The notes beneath the pieces were generated by a model. It searched no databases. It was not told where the DNA came from and was given only the letters and a program-made list of their open reading frames with translations. This document shows positions 46,423 to 56,038 of a DNA stretch of 64,000 nucleotides, one piece after another. Made by a program: the position numbers and the translations under genes. Every line of letters starts with the position of its first letter. The stretch's first letter is position 1. Source of the DNA: a virus; IMG/VR virus record IMGVR_UViG_3300032307_000622, positions 52,303 to 116,302 of that record; one strand, written 5' to 3'.

Positions 46423-49400
46423 ATGAGTTACGTAGGTCTTCACGTACATACACACTATAGTTTGTTTGATGGAATTGCAACTCCACAAGAATATGTCGAT
46501 AGGGCTGCTGCACTAAACATGCCTGCTATTGCAATCACAGACCATGGATCTCTTTCTGGTCACAGAGAAATGTTTCGTGCTGCAAAGGAAAAGGGCATCA
46601 AGCCAATCCTGGGCATTGAGGGGTATATTACAAAAGACAGGCTTGACCACGAAGACAAGAAGAGCAAGAACGACCCACTTGACCTTAACTACAACCACCT
46701 AATTATTCTTGCCAAAAATGATATTGGGCTTCAAAATCTAAACAAGCTAAATGAAATTGCTTGGACTGAGGGCTTCTTTAAAAAGCCACGCATTGACTGG
46801 GAAGTTCTAGAAAAATATAAAGAGGGTCTCATTGTTACCTCTGGCTGCCTATCTGGTGTTTTGGCAAAAGCTATTGAGTCAGACAATCTAGCATATGCGA
46901 AGAAGCACATTAAGTGGTGCAAGGATACTTTTGGTGACGATTACTACATTGAGGTAATGCCACACAATCCCCCAGAAATTAACAAGATGCTTTTAGAGTT
47001 GTCAGACGAGTTTGGTGTAAAGCCAGTCGTTACTCCAGACTGCCACCACTCCGACCCAGCTCAAAAAGAAATCCAGGAGCTGAAGCTTATCCTTAACTCA
47101 TACGCAAACAAGACTGAAAAGGATGTTACGTATGAAGAGTCCAAGGAATATGATAACTTAATGGATCGCTTGGACTACTTGTATGGTGCAGATCGACAGA
47201 TGTCCTTTAATAAGTTTGAGATTCATCTACTATCAAATGAAGAAATGCACCAGGCAATGAGTGCACAGGGCATTGATAGAGAAGACATGTATGAGACAAC
47301 TCTTGAGATTATGAATAAGATTGAGGAATACTCAATAAAAGATAACCAAGACTTGCTACCAGTTCAATATCAAAATCCAAATGAAGAGCTTGCTAACTTG
47401 GCAATGGATGGACTTAGAGAACGTGGCTTAGACAAGAATCAGGAATACCTAGACAGGTTAAAAGAAGAGCTAGAGGTTATTGCAAATAAAAACTTTGGGC
47501 CATACTTTCTTGTTGTCCGTAATATGATTTCGTGGGCAAAGAAAGAGGGGATTATGGTTGGTCCAGGTCGTGGATCTTCTGCAGGATCTCTGCTTTGCTA
47601 CACCCTAGGCATTACTGACATTGATCCTATTCAGCACGGACTTTTGTTTTTCCGATTTATCAATCCAGAACGTAACGACTTCCCAGATATTGATACAGAC
47701 ATTCAGGATTCACGTCGTGAAGAGGTAAAGGATTATCTTGTTAGGCAGTATCGTCACGTAGCGTCTATTGCAACCTTTCTAGAATTTAAGGGCAAGGGAA
47801 TTGTTAGAGATATTGCACGTGTGCTAAACATCCCACTTGTTGATGTAAACAAGGTATTGAAGCTTGTAGATGATTGGGATGACTATTGCACTTCAAAACA
47901 GACAGCTTGGTTCCGTGAAAAGTATCCAGAAATTGAAGAGTATGGAGAACAGTTGCGAGGTCGCATTCGTGGAACTGGTATTCACGCAGCTGGAGTTGTA
48001 ACTGCTAAGGAGCCTATCTTTAAGTATGCTCCAATGGAGACAAGAACTGCTCCAGGAACAAAAGAAAGAATTCCAGTAGTTGCAGTAGACATGACAGAAG
48101 CAGAGCGTATTGGTCTTATTAAGATTGATGCACTTGGTCTAAAAACTTTGTCAGTAATTCAGGATACATTAAAAATTATTGACGGTAGAAGTAGCAGGAA
48201 GATTGACCTACACTCAATTAACATGGAAGATGCTAATGTCTATACAATGCTATCTGATGGATATACGAAAGGTGTCTTCCAATGTGAAGCTACACCATAC
48301 ACAAATCTTCTAGTTAAGATGGGCGTTAAAAACTTTGCAGAGCTTGCAGCATCTAATGCTCTAGTTCGTCCAGGTGCAATGAACACTATTGGTAAAGACT
48401 ATATTGCTCGTAAGCATGGTAAGCAAAACATTAGCTATCACCACGAAGTTATGAAGTCATTTACTGCAGAAACCTATGGATGTGTTTTGTATCAGGAGCA
48501 GGTTATGCAGGCCTGTACTGAGCTTGGCGGAATGACCATGGCTGAAGCTGACAAGGTTCGTAAGATCATTGGTAAGAAAAAGGATGCTAAAGAGTTTGAC
48601 CAGTTTAGGGAAAAGTTCGTAAAGGGTGCATCTAGGTACATCTCTCCTAACTTGGCAGAAGACCTATGGCATGACTTTGAGGCACACGCAGGGTACTCTT
48701 TTAACAAGTCTCACGCTGTGGCATACTCAACAGTTTCCTATTGGACTGCATGGTTAAAGTATTACTACCCTATTGAGTTTATGTACTCTCTACTTAAAAA
48801 TGAGAGTGACAAAGATGCTCGCACTGAGTATTTGATTGAAGCCAAGCGTATGGGTATTTCTATCAAACTTCCACACATCAATGAGTCAGACATTGACTTT
48901 AAGATTGAGGGCAAGGGAATTCGTTTTGGACTGAGTGCAATTAAGTATATTTCAGATAACATTGCTAGCAAATATATGGCTGCACGTCCATTTAGCTCTT
49001 ATGCTGAATTAGAAGAGTTTACCTTTACAAAGGGAAGTGGTGTTAACAGTCGTGCACTCCAGGCACTGAGACTAGTTGGTGCTGCAACTTTTGAGGATAA
49101 TCCAAGAAACGATGAAGAAATTCGTGAAAACCTATATGAGTATTTAAACTTGCCAGAGTTTAACACATCTATTCCTGCACACTATCATGCCTTTATTAAT
49201 GATATAGAGGAGTACGAAGAAAAGGGAGTCTTCGTTTTGATGGGAATGGTAAAGAATATAAAACGCAGCAAGGGCTGGTCACGTGTAGAAATTCTAGACA
49301 AAACTGGTAGCGTTGGTATTTTTGATGAAGAGCAGACAACAATTGAAAGCGGAAAAACCTATATGGTCTTAGCTAGCGATAATAGAATTGTCTCTGCTGT

Positions 49401-49701
49401 ACCAGTAGACGAGCTTAAAGGTTCTACAAATGGCTTTATTAAATTCTTAAACTACAGAATGTTGCCATATAAAGATGATCAAAAGTTTGTGGTATCATTT
49501 AAGCCACGAGTTACAAAAGCAGGTAAAAAGATGGCATCGCTAGTTCTGGCAGATACCGATAGAGACCTGCATGCTGTAACCGTTTTCCCTACAGCTTTTG
49601 CAAAAGCATATATGAAAATTGAAGAGGGTAATGCCTATAACTTTACCTTTGGACAAACTAAAGATGGAACTGTCATTATGGAAGACGTTGAAAGCGTCTA
49701 A
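46423..49701 (+). CDS. dnaE: DNA polymerase III alpha subunit
   Basis: PHP domain HVHTHYSLFDG/TDHG; GPGRGSSAGS; PDIDTD; GIHAAG; KIDALGL; YSFNKSHA. Confidence 0.97.
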   Translation: MSYVGLHVHTHYSLFDGIATPQEYVDRAAALNMPAIAITDHGSLSGHREMFRAAKEKGIKPILGIEGYITKDRLDHEDKKSKNDPLDLNYNHLIILAKNDIGLQNLNKLNEIAWTEGFFKKPRIDWEVLEKYKEGLIVTSGCLSGVLAKAIESDNLAYAKKHIKWCKDTFGDDYYIEVMPHNPPEINKMLLELSDEFGVKPVVTPDCHHSDPAQKEIQELKLILNSYANKTEKDVTYEESKEYDNLMDRLDYLYGADRQMSFNKFEIHLLSNEEMHQAMSAQGIDREDMYETTLEIMNKIEEYSIKDNQDLLPVQYQNPNEELANLAMDGLRERGLDKNQEYLDRLKEELEVIANKNFGPYFLVVRNMISWAKKEGIMVGPGRGSSAGSLLCYTLGITDIDPIQHGLLFFRFINPERNDFPDIDTDIQDSRREEVKDYLVRQYRHVASIATFLEFKGKGIVRDIARVLNIPLVDVNKVLKLVDDWDDYCTSKQTAWFREKYPEIEEYGEQLRGRIRGTGIHAAGVVTAKEPIFKYAPMETRTAPGTKERIPVVAVDMTEAERIGLIKIDALGLKTLSVIQDTLKIIDGRSSRKIDLHSINMEDANVYTMLSDGYTKGVFQCEATPYTNLLVKMGVKNFAELAASNALVRPGAMNTIGKDYIARKHGKQNISYHHEVMKSFTAETYGCVLYQEQVMQACTELGGMTMAEADKVRKIIGKKKDAKEFDQFREKFVKGASRYISPNLAEDLWHDFEAHAGYSFNKSHAVAYSTVSYWTAWLKYYYPIEFMYSLLKNESDKDARTEYLIEAKRMGISIKLPHINESDIDFKIEGKGIRFGLSAIKYISDNIASKYMAARPFSSYAELEEFTFTKGSGVNSRALQALRLVGAATFEDNPRNDEEIRENLYEYLNLPEFNTSIPAHYHAFINDIEEYEEKGVFVLMGMVKNIKRSKGWSRVEILDKTGSVGIFDEEQTTIESGKTYMVLASDNRIVSAVPVDELKGSTNGFIKFLNYRMLPYKDDQKFVVSFKPRVTKAGKKMASLVLADTDRDLHAVTVFPTAFAKAYMKIEEGNAYNFTFGQTKDGTVIMEDVESV

Positions 49702-49729
49702 CAACTTAATAAGGAATGGAGCTAAAATA

Positions 49730-49951
49730 ATGATTACCGTATATACAAAACCAGCATGCGTTCAGTGTGATGCCACAAAAAGATTGCTGACAAAGCATGG
49801 ACTAAGCTTTGAAACAATTGACATTACAGAAGACCAGTTAGCCTATGACAAAATCATATCTATGGGCTTTAAGTCAGCTCCAGTTGTAATAACAGACAAC
49901 GATTCTTGGGCTGGCTTTAATCCAGACAAGATTAATGGATTGGCTGCCTAA
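49730..49951 (+). CDS. nrdH: Glutaredoxin-like NrdH redoxin
   Basis: MITVYTKPACVQC...APVV...WAGFNPDKI. Confidence 0.92.
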   Translation: MITVYTKPACVQCDATKRLLTKHGLSFETIDITEDQLAYDKIISMGFKSAPVVITDNDSWAGFNPDKINGLAA

Positions 49952-49952
49952 T

Positions 49953-50966
49953 ATGACAACAATAGAAGAAGCGTTAGCACAACTAGATCCTAAAATAAGA
50001 AAAAGGCTTGGTCCAGCGGTTGGCATTAAGACTGAGCTTCAGCCAACACCAAGTCCAGGATTAAACAGGGCATTGGGTGGTGGCCTTCCATATGGTAGAC
50101 AGGTTCTTTTGTGGGGTAGCAAGTCTAGTGCAAAGTCATCTCTTTGCTTGCAGACCATAGGAATGGCACAGAAAGACGGAAAGCTTTGTGCCTGGGTAGA
50201 TGCAGAAATGTCTTATGATGAAGAGTGGGCAAAAAAGCTTGGTGTAGATACCACTCAGCTGATTTATTCTGAAGCTAGAAGTATCAATGACATGGTTGAT
50301 GTGACTGTTGCACTTTTGGATGCAGGTGTAGACCTGATTGTCATAGACTCAATTAGCTCATTATTGCCAGCAGTATACTTTGAGAAAGATTCAACAGAGC
50401 TAAAGCAGTTGGACCAAACAAAGCAAATTGGTTCAGAGTCTAAGGACTTGAAGCATGCATGGATGATGATAAATTATGCAAATAATCAAAAGAAGCCTGC
50501 CCTTGTTATTGCTATTTCTCAAGCAAGAAATAACATCACAGCAATGTATACGCAATCAGTACCTACTGGAGGAAATGCAACACAATTCTTTTCGTCCACA
50601 ATAGTTAAGCTGTTCTCGTCTGGCTCTGATGCTCAGGCAATCAAGGGAAAGATTAAGGTTGGAGACAAGCTTATTGAACAAAAGTTGGGTCGCAAGGTTC
50701 GCTGGGAAGTTCAAAATTCTAAGACATCTGCACCAGGAGATAGTGGTGAGTATGACTTTTATTTTAAGGGAGACAGTCTTGGAATAGACTCAGTGGGAGA
50801 TCTAGTAGATACTGCTGAAATGTTGGGTATTGTAGAGAGAACTGGTGCTTGGTACATTCTTCCAGATGGATCTAAGTTGCAGGGTAGAGAAGCTTTTGTT
50901 ACTCATATCAAGAACGATATAGAGCTTCAAGAGACAATTAGGAACAAGGTCAATGGCGAAGTATAA
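49953..50966 (+). CDS. recA: RecA-like recombinase
   Basis: LNRALGGGLPYGR, GSKSSAKS Walker A variant, WVDAE, IVIDS, TGG, GAWY. Confidence 0.92.
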   Translation: MTTIEEALAQLDPKIRKRLGPAVGIKTELQPTPSPGLNRALGGGLPYGRQVLLWGSKSSAKSSLCLQTIGMAQKDGKLCAWVDAEMSYDEEWAKKLGVDTTQLIYSEARSINDMVDVTVALLDAGVDLIVIDSISSLLPAVYFEKDSTELKQLDQTKQIGSESKDLKHAWMMINYANNQKKPALVIAISQARNNITAMYTQSVPTGGNATQFFSSTIVKLFSSGSDAQAIKGKIKVGDKLIEQKLGRKVRWEVQNSKTSAPGDSGEYDFYFKGDSLGIDSVGDLVDTAEMLGIVERTGAWYILPDGSKLQGREAFVTHIKNDIELQETIRNKVNGEV

Positions 50967-51141
50967 TGTTTACAATGGAGAATTTCCATGCCATACTTGC
51001 AAAACTATAGTTACCAGTCTTAGGCAATACCTGGACTCTGGAGAGCTTACTTGGCTTTGTCCTCAGAATCATCTAAGCACGGTAAACCTAAAGCCAGTTA
51101 AAAAAACAAAGAAAGACTATGAGCGAGAAAAGCGAAAGTAA
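50953..51141 (+). CDS. Small Zn-ribbon protein
   Basis: CHTC...CPQNH. Confidence 0.65.
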   Translation: MAKYNVYNGEFPCHTCKTIVTSLRQYLDSGELTWLCPQNHLSTVNLKPVKKTKKDYEREKRK

Positions 51142-51403
51142 GCGAATTAACGCTAAGCAGCATAAAAACTCTGGACGTGGAACCCATAAGGGGGATGCGA
51201 CCTGGAAAAACTTTACTGTTGACTTTAAAGAGGTTCAGAAATCTTTTACTATCAATAAGGACGTTTGGGCCAAGGCAGTCACAGATGCTATTCGGAATGG
51301 AAATGATCCTGCGATCATGGTTGTCATTGGAAAAGATGGAGTTAAGACAAGGCTTGCGGTTATAGAAGCCTCGCTGCTTGAGCAAATTATTGATGGTGTA
51401 TAA
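51119..51403 (+). CDS. Holliday-junction resolvase-like PD-(D/E)XK nuclease
   Basis: NSGRG..KGD.......DFK. Confidence 0.7.
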   Translation: MSEKSESKRINAKQHKNSGRGTHKGDATWKNFTVDFKEVQKSFTINKDVWAKAVTDAIRNGNDPAIMVVIGKDGVKTRLAVIEASLLEQIIDGV

Positions 51404-51410
51404 TTAAGAT

Positions 51411-52046
51411 ATGAAATACGCAGACTTAGTAGCATCTCAGCCATACGTAAGCAATCAGGACTTCAAGCCTTTGGTTGTTTCAGATGTATTATTGCCAGAA
51501 CAAATATCAGAAATTTACTCCGCAGTTTCTGCTTTACCAGAAAGCCAAACAAGAATTCAGCCCTGGGCTGGGCATAAAATTTGGGACACCAGGTTTTCAA
51601 AAGAGATTGAAGACAGGATAACTGCTGTTGCCCAATCTGTTTTGGGAGACATCGTGGTCTTAAATTATGACTATTCTTTTGCAAGATACTCTAGAAAGTT
51701 TGGCTATGAGTGTAAGCTATTCCCACACTACGATACTAGAGAAGCACAAAGAATAACCTTTGACATTCAACTAAAGGCATCTGAGCCCTGGGCGGTAGTT
51801 GTGGAAGGCGAGCCATTTTACCTAGAGGATAACCAAGGCTTAATTTTTGCAGGAACCCAGCAAATCCATTGGAGAGAAAATAAAACAATAGCTGAGGATG
51901 CAGAAATTGATATGATTTTTTGTCATCTAGAGTATGTCAACACATTGCCACTTGATGAGGGGCAGGAAGATATTCTGCGTGAAAGAGCAAGCTTTTTAAT
52001 GCATGAGTCTGGAATTGGAAATGAGGTAGTTACAAATGAAGTTTGA
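51411..52046 (+). CDS. Putative 2OG-Fe(II) oxygenase (HxD...HWR family)
   Basis: LFPHYD, TFDIQL, QIHWRE, DMIFCH. Confidence 0.75.
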   Translation: MKYADLVASQPYVSNQDFKPLVVSDVLLPEQISEIYSAVSALPESQTRIQPWAGHKIWDTRFSKEIEDRITAVAQSVLGDIVVLNYDYSFARYSRKFGYECKLFPHYDTREAQRITFDIQLKASEPWAVVVEGEPFYLEDNQGLIFAGTQQIHWRENKTIAEDAEIDMIFCHLEYVNTLPLDEGQEDILRERASFLMHESGIGNEVVTNEV

Positions 52047-52617
52047 TGAAATAAATGTTGTGGTTAAAGATTTGCTGACTGAGTCAGAAATCAAAGAAAT
52101 TTATGCAATGGTTGATCAGTCATACAATAAGTTTATTATGCCACATCTAGGTCAGCAAGTATCTGACTTCAGAATGCCTGACTCTGTTATGGAAAAAATT
52201 CTTAAAGTTTCTAAAGAGATATCTGGATACGATGATTTAATTCTAGAGGCATATCAGTTTGCTAGATATGAAAAATTTATTAGAGAAGATGGTGTGACAT
52301 CAATTCCAAAGTTGGCACCACACCATGACACATTCGATCAGCCAAGGTTTACCTTTGACTATCAGCTAGGATCAAATATTTCTTGGCCCATCGTTGTTGA
52401 AGGAAATGAATCTGTATTGAAAGATAATGAGGCTGTAACTTTTAGTGGAACTCACCAAGTTCACTGGAGGCCAGAGCGAGAGTGGACTGAGGGCGAATAC
52501 ATGGACATGATATTCTGCCACCTGCATTCTCCAAGTTTTCCTGTAAACTCATCAGAGCACAATGACCTCATGCTTGCCAGAGCAAAAGACTATCGTGAAA
52601 AAATTGGAATTGAGTAA
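52036..52617 (+). CDS. Putative 2OG-Fe(II) oxygenase (HxD...HWR family)
   Basis: LAPHHD, TFDYQL, QVHWRP, DMIFCH. Confidence 0.75.
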   Translation: MKFDEINVVVKDLLTESEIKEIYAMVDQSYNKFIMPHLGQQVSDFRMPDSVMEKILKVSKEISGYDDLILEAYQFARYEKFIREDGVTSIPKLAPHHDTFDQPRFTFDYQLGSNISWPIVVEGNESVLKDNEAVTFSGTHQVHWRPEREWTEGEYMDMIFCHLHSPSFPVNSSEHNDLMLARAKDYREKIGIE

Positions 52618-52620
52618 TAG

Positions 52621-53352
52621 ATGCCAATTGCAAAAATGCATAAATATCTCACTGGATTTGACAGATACAATAAAACTCTACCAATATACATAGAAAAGCC
52701 CTTCACAGCCTCACAGGCAGAAGAGCTTCGTAATTCTATAGATTCTATACGTTCACGTCCATTGGCCTCAGAGATCCTGCCAGGTGACAAAGAAGAGTTT
52801 ACGAGCAGCACAAGTAGGCTGGACCCAAGAATAATGACACATATGTCAAGAATGATTATTGAATTTATTTGTCCAAAATCCATAGAGTCTGTAATGGACT
52901 CATACTGTAAGCCAGTCCACAAAGATGAAATAAAGCTTGCACATTACAGCTACATAGACTATAATTTAAAGTACGGTGATGGAAGGTATGAGCCATCACT
53001 GCCACCACATATTGACAGTACTGAAAATCTTGTGACATTCAACTATCAGCTTGGTGGCAACATTGACTGGGATATTTACATAGATGGAGAAAAGCATAGC
53101 CTTAAAACTGGAGATGCCATAATTTTTAGTGCAGTTAACCAAGTTCATTGGAGACCAAAGCGTGAGTGGAAAGAGGGGGACTTTTTGGAAATTGTAACCT
53201 TTGACTATTCTCCACCAACAGATTGGGCTTTTACAGGAGAAGACGATCCAATTGATCCAAACAAATATCCAGAAAAGATGCGAGAATACCTAGAAGAATT
53301 GTCAACGAAAAAGCAGTACCAGGATGCATGGAACATGTATAATAGACTTTAA
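52621..53352 (+). CDS. Putative 2OG-Fe(II) oxygenase (HxD...HWR family)
   Basis: LPPHID, TFNYQL, QVHWRP. Confidence 0.75.
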   Translation: MPIAKMHKYLTGFDRYNKTLPIYIEKPFTASQAEELRNSIDSIRSRPLASEILPGDKEEFTSSTSRLDPRIMTHMSRMIIEFICPKSIESVMDSYCKPVHKDEIKLAHYSYIDYNLKYGDGRYEPSLPPHIDSTENLVTFNYQLGGNIDWDIYIDGEKHSLKTGDAIIFSAVNQVHWRPKREWKEGDFLEIVTFDYSPPTDWAFTGEDDPIDPNKYPEKMREYLEELSTKKQYQDAWNMYNRL

Positions 53353-53373
53353 CAATAAAAAAGAAAGAAAATA

Positions 53374-53679
53374 ATGCAGCAAGATAAAACAACAATAGAG
53401 ATGGTAAATGGTCTGGCAGAGATAGCTGACTTCATGAATGATGAAGAGCTAACCCAGGCCCTAACCGTTATTGCAAAGTTAATTATTAAGCCAGACATTC
53501 CTATGAATGTTGCTACACTTGAAATTGTTAGACTGCAAGCTATTGCGGCTAAGATGGCATTTCGTGCAACCTGGATGGTTAATGTTGAAAAAGGAAATAG
53601 GGAGAAGAAGAACATCTACTTTACCGCACATGAGGCAATCTCTGATCTAGTCTCAGCACTAAAGTATATTGTTCGATAG
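53374..53679 (+). CDS. Hypothetical helical protein
   Basis: Clean ORF in operon context before the Cas4-like gene. Confidence 0.65.
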   Translation: MQQDKTTIEMVNGLAEIADFMNDEELTQALTVIAKLIIKPDIPMNVATLEIVRLQAIAAKMAFRATWMVNVEKGNREKKNIYFTAHEAISDLVSALKYIVR

Positions 53680-53687
53680 GGTATATC

Positions 53688-54500
53688 ATGGCTAAAAGTT
53701 TATTGAAGCAGGTTATGTTAGAAACCAAAAGGGTTCCTTTTAAGAAAACATTTCTTGATACAGACGCATTGATCCAAAAAATTAATTCTGGATATACTGT
53801 AAACAGAACAGAAAAGTTTCAGAAAAAGAATTCTTTTGCACCAAGCACTATCGCATATTCTCATGGAGAATGCCCAAGATACTGGTATCTGGCTTTTGAA
53901 GGAGCCGTCTTTCAAGATAATGCAGATGCTTATGGTGCAGCAAATATGACATCTGGTACAAAGTCTCACGAAAGAATTCAGGAAGCTATGGCAAACGTGC
54001 CAGGCCTTCTCCTAGATTCTGAGTTTAAGGTGACTTATGAAAATCCACCAATCTTTGGTTTTGGAGATGTTCTTCTTAATTGGGAAGATGCCCCATTGCT
54101 TGGTGAGATCAAGACAATGCCACATGAAGGTTTTGAGTATCGTAAAAATGCTGGTAAGCCAAAGACTGGACACCTAATCCAGCTTTTGATTTACATGAAG
54201 ATACTTAATAAAAACAAAGCAATACTAATTTATGAAAACAAGAATAACCATGAATTGTTGGTATTCCCAATTGAATTAAATGCGTATATGTATGAGTGGG
54301 TAGAGAACACATTTGAATGGATGAAGACAGTTCGTGGTGCATGGGAAAAGAAAACCCTGCCAACCAAAAACTATAGATCTAATTCCAAAATCTGCAAGAC
54401 ATGTCCAATTAGGGATGCTTGTGAAAATGCTGGGCTGGGAGACATCGAAATAAAGTCACTGGAGCCCTTGGATGAAGACAAAGCATTGTCAGTGGTGTGA
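53688..54500 (+). CDS. Cas4/RecB-like exonuclease
   Basis: CPRYWY, GT..H, GFGD...GEIK, QL.IY, C-terminal CKTCP...C Fe-S Cys set. Confidence 0.85.
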   Translation: MAKSLLKQVMLETKRVPFKKTFLDTDALIQKINSGYTVNRTEKFQKKNSFAPSTIAYSHGECPRYWYLAFEGAVFQDNADAYGAANMTSGTKSHERIQEAMANVPGLLLDSEFKVTYENPPIFGFGDVLLNWEDAPLLGEIKTMPHEGFEYRKNAGKPKTGHLIQLLIYMKILNKNKAILIYENKNNHELLVFPIELNAYMYEWVENTFEWMKTVRGAWEKKTLPTKNYRSNSKICKTCPIRDACENAGLGDIEIKSLEPLDEDKALSVV

Positions 54501-54771
54501 CACTCAGTTCGAGACAGATATAACTTATCAGATATACTGCTCTGTGCAGTGTAGAGATTCTGCTACAAAAGAAAAGATTGCAGCTAGATATCATATATCA
54601 CGTAGGAAAAAAAGAACTGGTAAAGTTAGGCTTTGCAATTCTTGTGGAGCAAGCCTGTCAATATATAATGATGACTCGCTATGTCAAAACTGCTTGATCA
54701 ATCCAAAGGAAGTGTCTAAAATTTTAAAACAGATTAAGGGACTTGCAAATGGCAGGAATAAAAAAGAGTAG
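54472..54771 (+). CDS. Zn-finger protein
   Basis: CQWC...YCSVQC...CNSC...CQNC. Confidence 0.75.
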   Translation: MKTKHCQWCDTQFETDITYQIYCSVQCRDSATKEKIAARYHISRRKKRTGKVRLCNSCGASLSIYNDDSLCQNCLINPKEVSKILKQIKGLANGRNKKE

Positions 54772-55324
54772 CGAAAAACCTAAAAATATATGTGCAATTG
54801 ATGCTAGCACTCATAGCTTAGCTTTTGCAATTTTTTCAGACAACAACTTGGTAAAGTGTGGCAAAATTAAGTTTGAAGGGGCTAACGCTTACCAAAAGCT
54901 TGGCGATGCTGCAAAAAAGTCTATGCCATTCTTTAAGTTATTTGAAATAGATGCGATTGTTATTGAGCACACAGTGTTTATGAATAGTCCAAAGACTGCA
55001 TCAGATCTTGCATTAATTCAAGGTGCCCTACTTGGTGCAGCAAAAATTTCTGGAGTATCAACAGCAGGATCTATCAATCCTATTACTTGGCAAAGCTTTA
55101 TTGGAAACAACAAGTTGTCCGCAAAAGAAAAGCAAGACCTTATGGCTGAGTTTCCTGGCAAATCAAAAAATTGGTATCAGAATAAGTCCAGAGAGATTCG
55201 CAAACAAAGAACAATTAAGTTTGTTAATACTTACTATGATAAAGATATAACTGATGATGATGTCGCAGATGCAATTGGTATTGGCCACTACGCAATTAAC
55301 AATTGGGGAAAGATTGACAAATAA
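54749..55324 (+). CDS. RuvC-like Holliday junction resolvase
   Basis: AIDAST..LAFA, IVIE, P.TW, DDVADAIGIG. Confidence 0.85.
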   Translation: MAGIKKSSEKPKNICAIDASTHSLAFAIFSDNNLVKCGKIKFEGANAYQKLGDAAKKSMPFFKLFEIDAIVIEHTVFMNSPKTASDLALIQGALLGAAKISGVSTAGSINPITWQSFIGNNKLSAKEKQDLMAEFPGKSKNWYQNKSREIRKQRTIKFVNTYYDKDITDDDVADAIGIGHYAINNWGKIDK

Positions 55325-55342
55325 ATGAGCAAGCTGTATACT
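55314..55342 (+). promoter_or_regulatory. Sigma70-like promoter
   Basis: TTGACA-17 nt-TATACT. Confidence 0.6.
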
Positions 55343-55477
55343 AGTGAGGCATGGTTGAAAAAAAGATACCATGTTGATAAGAAAACTCCACAAGAAATTG
55401 CAAAAGAATGCAACACTAGCGTGGAAACTATATACGTATATCTTGCTAAATTTGGACTAAGGAAGTCACGTAGATGA
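55325..55477 (+). CDS. 50-aa HTH DNA-binding protein not in the ORF track
   Basis: MSKLYTSEAWLKKRYHVDKKTPQEIAKECNTSVETIYVYLAKFGLRKSRR; abuts the upstream stop and has an ATGA overlap downstream. Confidence 0.8.
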   Translation: MSKLYTSEAWLKKRYHVDKKTPQEIAKECNTSVETIYVYLAKFGLRKSRR

Positions 55478-55740
55478 ATACAATTAATGACATAAACAGA
55501 GTTTGCAACGAAATCAGAGATATGCTGATGAGCAAAAACTTATCTTATGGAGACTCTGCACTAAGCCCTGTAAGAATTTTCTCAAAGGCAGATGCCACTG
55601 AGCAAATTTTGGTTAGGATAGATGACAAGATTTCAAGATTTGCCAGGGGCAGAAGCTATCCAGGAGATAACGACATAGATGACCTAATTGGATATCTAGT
55701 TTTGCTAAAAATTGCTAAGGGAAGGCTGGCTAGTGCGTAA
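55474..55740 (+). CDS. DUF1599 / nucleotide-modification-associated domain-like protein
   Basis: KN.SYGDS.....IFS....ILVRIDDKISR......DLIGYLVL. Confidence 0.7.
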   Translation: MNTINDINRVCNEIRDMLMSKNLSYGDSALSPVRIFSKADATEQILVRIDDKISRFARGRSYPGDNDIDDLIGYLVLLKIAKGRLASA

Positions 55741-56038
55741 AAAGGCGGCACAGGTCAAGGAGACATATCTTATAAAGGAAGACTCCATAGAAATCGATGG
55801 CTTCTTGATTAGTCGTGGTGATATAATTAAGATCCAGGGTGAGCATGGGGTGAAGTTTAAGTTTCATAGCTTTGTTACAAACTCAGTTTCTGGAGCACAG
55901 TGGATCGATTGTTTTGAATTTGTTATGGGAAGATCTTCAGTGTTTAGGTCTTTCTCTCCAGATAGAGTAAAGAGAATACCAGTAAAAAGAAAGAGGGTGG
56001 CACGTGTCAACAGAGGAACAGCTAATCCAGCATCTTGA
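55733..56038 (+). CDS. Hypothetical beta-barrel protein
   Basis: GTG start overlapping the upstream gene; GDIIKIQGE.G..FKF...WIDC...FRSF. Confidence 0.6.
   Translation: MRKKAAQVKETYLIKEDSIEIDGFLISRGDIIKIQGEHGVKFKFHSFVTNSVSGAQWIDCFEFVMGRSSVFRSFSPDRVKRIPVKRKRVARVNRGTANPAS

Noticed and set aside
50113-50139. RecA Walker A variant GSKSSAKS as a sign of inactivation
   Set aside because: The catalytic Lys-Ser and the other RecA motifs are retained; probably a lineage variant.
53688-54500. Cas4-like gene suggesting a CRISPR system
   Set aside because: No repeat-spacer array or other cas genes; solo Cas4-like nucleases are common in phage recombination modules.
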